A stretch of 64,000 bases of DNA, from positions 1,984,001 through 2,048,000 of the forward strand of contig CAXXKT010000001.1 in assembly GCA_963662405.2 (NCBI GenBank), written 5' to 3'. The DNA comes from Syntrophales bacterium. GTDB lineage: Bacteria > Desulfobacterota > Syntrophia > Syntrophales > UBA2210. The notes beneath the pieces are model-generated. The model saw nothing but the letters and a program-made list of their open reading frames with translations, searched no databases and was not told where the DNA came from. How positions within the stretch are numbered: position 1 is the stretch's first letter; every line of letters begins with the position of its first letter. Of this stretch, positions 59,926 through 64,000 are shown piece by piece. The position numbers and the translations under genes are program-made.

Positions 59926-61412
59926 GCGTGTCCAGACAAGGACGCATAATCCAGTCGGTGAAAGTCCGACCGAGGCTAAAAGACTCAGGGCCTCGTAGCT
60001 TGGAAGGTGCCGTGGCGCGAAAGCAAGACGGTAAAGCCCTTCGACAACATTCTTTGAAAGGAGGATGCGCAACGTACCAGGTTGTAACGTGCAGTGAACG
60101 TAGACGTAGCCTCGTTACACGCATTCCGGTGGCCGAGATGGTCGATGACGTGCGAAGGCAGCAAGAGATGGCGGTGATGAGTCGTATACGCTATTTCTCA
60201 CCGGCGGGGTATCAGCGGCGACATGGTATGAAGGATTATGCGGAAACTGGAGAAGCCTTCGACGCCCGTCGGAGAAACCTCGACGAGGAGTTCCGGCCTA
60301 TAACCTTGAGTGGGAAGTGGCGGGAAAGGCGTCAGGGTGGCGGATCGGGTCGTAGTACTTTTGATCTGTGTGCAGCAAAACGCACAGGGAGGGAAGGCCC
60401 CGGACCGGTAGACATTCCGTTTCGGCAAAGCGAGGCACGGGTGAGATGACAAAGACGCCCATCAGTGTGCAGGAGCTGCGCCGGCGGATTTATCGAAAGG
60501 CGAAGTCTGAGAAAGATCATCGCTTCTGGGGGATCTTCGTGCATGTGACGAAGATCGAAGTGCTTGCAGAGGCATACCGGCTGGCAAAGAGGAATGGCGG
60601 CGCTCCGGGTATCGACGGACAAAGCTTCGAAGACATCGATGCGGCGGGCGTGGAAACATTCCTCCAGACGATACGGAATGACCTCATTGCAGGCGACTAC
60701 AAGCCGCAAAGGAATCGTTTTGTGGAGATACCAAAGGGAAACGGCAAGACCCGCACGCTTCAGATACCGTGCATCAGGGATCGCGTGGTACAAGGTGCAC
60801 TGAAATGGGTGCTCGAAGCGATCTTCGAGGCGGATTTCTGCCCGAACTCCTATGGGTTTCGACCGAAACGATCGCCGCACCGTGCCCTTGCGGAAGTCCG
60901 GAGGAGCATTCTTCGGCGGATGAACATGGTGATTGATGTTGATCTATCCAAGTACTTCGACACGATCAGGCATGACGTTCTGTTGGAGAAAATAGCGCGG
61001 CGGGTCCAAGACCCGCAGGTGCTGCACCTTGTGAAGTTGATATTGAAAACAACGGGGAAAATCGGCGTTCCGCAAGGAGGGCCGTTCAGTCCCCTGGCTG
61101 CCAATATCTACCTGAGCGAGGTTGACTGGTACTTCGACGGCATACGGCGCAAGACGGCGGAAGGGGAGTTCGAGGCGGTAAACTATCATCGGTTTGCTGA
61201 TGATATCGTAATCACCGTAAGCGGCCACCATACCAAGCGAAGCTGGGCGCAAAGAGCCCTGCAACGACTCTGTGAACAGATCGAGCCCTTGGGCGTCAGT
61301 CTGAACATGGAGAAAACGAAGGTGGTAAACATGCTTGACGGCGGCGCCTTTGGATTCCTCGGGTTTGACCTCCGGCGGATATTGAACCGTGAAAGGAACC
61401 GGCATTACATTT
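59926..61412 (+). mobile_element. 3'-truncated group II intron
   Basis: 5' GCGTGTCCAGACAAGGACGC; domain-I-like GTCGGTGAAAGTCCGAC hairpin; about 520 nt of RNA before the RT ORF; no domain V/VI seen. Confidence 0.75.
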
Positions 61413-61435
61413 CGGAATGTCCCAGAATAAGGTAG
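60446..61435 (+). pseudogene. Group II intron reverse transcriptase/maturase, C-terminally truncated
   Basis: GAPGIDG, IPKGNGK.R.L.IP.IRDRVVQ, SYGFRP, GVPQG, RFADD, FLGF; ends at an AT-rich junction before domain X. Confidence 0.9.
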
Positions 61436-61514
61436 TGTAATTATGATTAAATGAGATTGTTTCTTGAATATTAGTATAGTATAACTCATCTCACATAAAA
61501 TAGGGGGGTGAGTT

Positions 61515-61934
61515 ATGATAAAAGGGATTTCAAATATATCAGTAATAGCTTCTTTCATCTTATATGTAATTGTGACGTTAATTGATCGGTGGGAAGCGGT
61601 TACTAAAATAGTGGGGTCAACTATGCTTACAAATATATCGTATGTATTGCTTATAATCGCAGCCATATCTGCTGGGGTTCTGTATTATTTATCAAACAGC
61701 AAGTCGCAAAAGAAACAAAAAGTGCGGCTTATTCAAGACCCAGCATCGGAGAAGTGCTATCTGGTCAGGGGTAAGACAATCTCCCATATCCCAGATCCAG
61801 AAACATTCAGGTATCTTGGAAGTTATTTTGGGTTTTCTTGGGCTAATGTTGAGACAGTTTTACAAGATGAAATTAATCGTAAATTTACAATTAGTACACC
61901 ACTGCCAAGTATTCTGAAACATATTCAAAGGTAA
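61515..61934 (+). CDS. Hypothetical AT-rich membrane protein (2 TM + soluble domain)
   Basis: GGGGGTGA RBS; two hydrophobic helices; YLV.G...HIPDPETF..LG. Confidence 0.65.
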   Translation: MIKGISNISVIASFILYVIVTLIDRWEAVTKIVGSTMLTNISYVLLIIAAISAGVLYYLSNSKSQKKQKVRLIQDPASEKCYLVRGKTISHIPDPETFRYLGSYFGFSWANVETVLQDEINRKFTISTPLPSILKHIQR

Positions 61935-62009
61935 TATTGATGCTTTTTAATCTTTGACTTTTTTTGTGGCGAGGTGTTATTGGTGGGTGCAACGGTATGG
62001 TGTCACCGT

Positions 62010-62120
62010 TTAGTTGGGCGTTGAGCGTTTGTGCCGCTTAACCCTAACTGGACGACCGTTCACAATCCGCGTGTACGGTCTAACGGGAACAACCTTCTTG
62101 TCCTCTTTGGTTTTAGCCAA
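62010..62120 (-). CDS. Unannotated 36-aa basic peptide MAKTKEDKKVVPVRPYTRIVNGRPVRVKRHKRSTPN
   Basis: Strong AGGAGGTGA RBS before TTG; clean ORF ending TAA; V.PY.R...G....V..H.RS.P pattern. Confidence 0.7.
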   Translation of the reverse strand: MAKTKEDKKVVPVRPYTRIVNGRPVRVKRHKRSTPN

Positions 62121-62216
62121 TCAGACTCACCTCCTTCCCGGCGTAGGAAGAGGTGGTCCGGTTTCTTTGGACAGGTAACAGGGATTTATAAGTGGGAAGT
62201 TGCCCTGGGTTTGTGT

Positions 62217-63047
62217 TCATGCCGCAGCCTGTCCCTGTGGTAGTGATTCAAAATAAACCATAGCCGGTGTCTTTCTGTCAAAAGTATTGTGCCACCGTTT
62301 CTCGTTGTAGAACTGAAAATAGTCGGTAAGCCCCTTCTTCAACTCTTTCATTGAACCGTATGCCTTCAGATAGATATCTTCGTACTTGACGCTCTTCCAG
62401 AGCCGTTCGATGAAGACATTGTCCATCCATCGCCCCTGACCGTCCATGCTGATAGAGATATCATGAGAGCGAAGGACATCGATGAATGCCTGTGAGGTAA
62501 ACTGACTGCCCTGATCGGTATTGAAGATAGCCGGGCGCCCATACGTGGTGAGTGCTTCTTCAAGCGCATCCACACAAAACGCACTGTCCAACGTATTCGA
62601 CAACCGCCAGGAGAGGACCATCCGACTCGCCCAGTCCATAACGGCTACCAGATAACAGAACCCTCGTTCCATGGGAATATACGTGATATCGGCAGACCAT
62701 ACGTGGTTGGGACGGATGATATCAAGTCCCCGTAACAGATACGGATATATCGGGTGCTGGGGATGCTTTATCGATAATCTCGGCTTGATGTACAACGCCT
62801 CGATCCCCATGCGACGCATCAACCGACGTACCTTATCACGTCCGATATCATACCCTCTCTGCCACAGCTCATTGCGAATCTTCCGACTCCCATAGAAGGG
62901 ATACTGAAGATGAATCTCATCAATCTGACGCATCAGCTCCAGATCCTTCGCGCTGACCGGAACCGGAGAGTAATAAACACTCGATCGGGACAGCTCCAAG
63001 AGTTCGCATTGACGGGTTATGGGCACACTCTTTTCTCTCTTGATCAT
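62217..63047 (-). CDS. IS3 transposase OrfB (integrase-like DDE)
   Basis: YGSRKI, WSADITYI, NTDQGSQFTS, DNVFIERLW; slippery TTTTTTA at 63095-63089. Confidence 0.93.
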   Translation of the reverse strand: MIKREKSVPITRQCELLELSRSSVYYSPVPVSAKDLELMRQIDEIHLQYPFYGSRKIRNELWQRGYDIGRDKVRRLMRRMGIEALYIKPRLSIKHPQHPIYPYLLRGLDIIRPNHVWSADITYIPMERGFCYLVAVMDWASRMVLSWRLSNTLDSAFCVDALEEALTTYGRPAIFNTDQGSQFTSQAFIDVLRSHDISISMDGQGRWMDNVFIERLWKSVKYEDIYLKAYGSMKELKKGLTDYFQFYNEKRWHNTFDRKTPAMVYFESLPQGQAAA

Positions 63048-63346
63048 CGCTTTGCGCTCGTTCCGTTGATGCGACCGAGCGCATGTGATAAAAAATCATT
63101 CTCCATCGATAACTGTCCGATCTTGGCGTGAAGTTCTTTTACACCCGGACCCTGGTTGTCCTTATGACCCTTGCCAAATACGTCCGATGCGTGATCCATC
63201 AACTGCTTCTTCCATGTGGTGATCTGGTTCGGGTGTACCTGATACCGCTCGGCAAGCTCAACGATCGTCTGGTCCCCTTTCAGTGCCTCCAATGCCACCT
63301 TCGCCTTGAAGGACGGTGCATGGTTCCTCCGCGGTCTCTTGCTCAT
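63044..63346 (-). CDS. IS3 transposase OrfA
   Basis: RRNHAPSFKAKVALEAL..ELAERYQVHPNQI..WK HTH; KIGQL.MENDFL. Confidence 0.93.
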   Translation of the reverse strand: MSKRPRRNHAPSFKAKVALEALKGDQTIVELAERYQVHPNQITTWKKQLMDHASDVFGKGHKDNQGPGVKELHAKIGQLSMENDFLSHALGRINGTSAKR

Positions 63347-63516
63347 ATCTCTTTCCTCCTTACGTCCACTATAGAGCAACTTTCCCACTTATGCACCTGT
63401 CCAAATTTGCCCGACCAGCTCTGGAACCGCCTTGCCCTTTGCGGTATACGTCAAGTTAAAGGATACCGTTGCACCCATTTTTTCTGATAGGGAATTTAAC
63501 CAATTAAGTCAAGAAT

Positions 63517-63545
63517 AAAAAGGCGGGGTTTTGCCCCGCCTTTTT
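63517..63545. terminator. Bidirectional intrinsic terminator after the P63C gene
   Basis: AAAAAGGCGGGG-TTTTG-CCCCGCCTTTTT. Confidence 0.85.
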
Positions 63546-64000
63546 CTAATCGTCATCTCCGAGATCAATGGTGTATTGATCTCCAAAGGCTGGGTATGCC
63601 CTTTCAACAAGTCTAACGTATTTTTTCCAATTTGTGGTAGCCCTTGCTAGCGCCAGCAGACCACCAAAAAACTCTCTTAACCTAGGCTCTCCAACTTCAT
63701 CGGTAAGAAATTGAAAGTGCTTATGCTTTCTATACCCCTTGTCTGTTTTTGAGTTTCGTTTTTCAAGTTCTCCCAATAAGTTGGGGGCCATTCTTTCGTA
63801 GATGTATTTATTGGTCCATTTTCCAATAATACTCGGTCTTTTTTGCGCATTTTCTACGCTCCATGGCCAATTATTCAACCTAAACCACTCTTTGTATAAT
63901 ACCAGTGGGAACGTAACCTCGTATTTTTTGGCCTCGTTCAAGAGGAACTGATTTAATATCTCATTTAAGACCCCCTTCATTCTAAGGTCTTGATATCCAG
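63546..64000 (-). CDS. P63C-domain protein, partial (5' end outside the window)
   Basis: Frame open to the edge: GYQDLR..LNEIL; TFP..LYKE.FRL..W; KRP..IGKWTN..IYERM; KHFQFLT..G.P.L. Confidence 0.8.
   Translation of the reverse strand, partial: GYQDLRMKGVLNEILNQFLLNEAKKYEVTFPLVLYKEWFRLNNWPWSVENAQKRPSIIGKWTNKYIYERMAPNLLGELEKRNSKTDKGYRKHKHFQFLTDEVGEPRLREFFGGLLALARATTNWKKYVRLVERAYPAFGDQYTIDLGDDD

Larger units (their letters stand above)
62149..63422 (-). mobile_element. IS3-family insertion sequence (1274 bp)
   Basis: Imperfect IRs AGAG(G/C)TGGTC...TTTGGACAGGT; 3-bp duplication GGA at 62146-62148 and 63423-63425. Confidence 0.9.

Noticed and set aside
58714..64000. tRNA-anchored integrative island
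   Set aside because: The mobile cluster is on the 5' side of the tRNA; no integrase or duplicated tRNA 3' end is visible in the window.

Overview
A 64-kb chromosomal window from an anaerobic Gram-negative bacterium; gene content suggests Desulfobacterota/Syntrophales-like (inference). In order: partial DUF4301 gene; hgdBAC-like 2-hydroxyacyl-CoA dehydratase/reductase; nitronate-monooxygenase/FabK-family gene with a decayed upstream paralog; GT4-methyltransferase-(alpha/alpha)6-barrel-acyltransferase operon; fused MFS/spermidine synthase, a secreted S74 fibre-like protein and an FN3-repeat IPTL-CTERM surface protein; wtpABC tungstate transporter divergent from a TonB-dependent receptor operon (TonB, ExbBD, Cys-less SUOX-fold lipoprotein, CcsA/ResB-like pair, HTH_17-PBP regulator); aryl-acetate CoA ligase, iorAB and a TRAP transporter; an AT-rich insert with an intact IS4; THUMP methyltransferase; pstSCAB-phoU-phoR-phoB with Pho boxes; STAS/MBL pair; dapL; TetR plus 4-hydroxybutyryl-CoA-dehydratase-like gene; several single genes; tRNA-Glu; and a nested mobile-element cluster (IS1202-like remnant, IS4 fragment, truncated group II intron, IS3, P63C gene). 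Best finding: two unannotated 24-aa Trp-Trp-Trp leader peptides with terminator/antiterminator structures sit in front of the CoA ligase and the iorAB-TRAP operon. This implies a tryptophan-starvation-induced route that imports indole-3-acetate and reductively carboxylates it to indolepyruvate for Trp. Second candidate: a tungstate-linked TonB uptake system with repurposed cofactor-handling proteins. All family calls come from motif recognition by eye; no database search was run.
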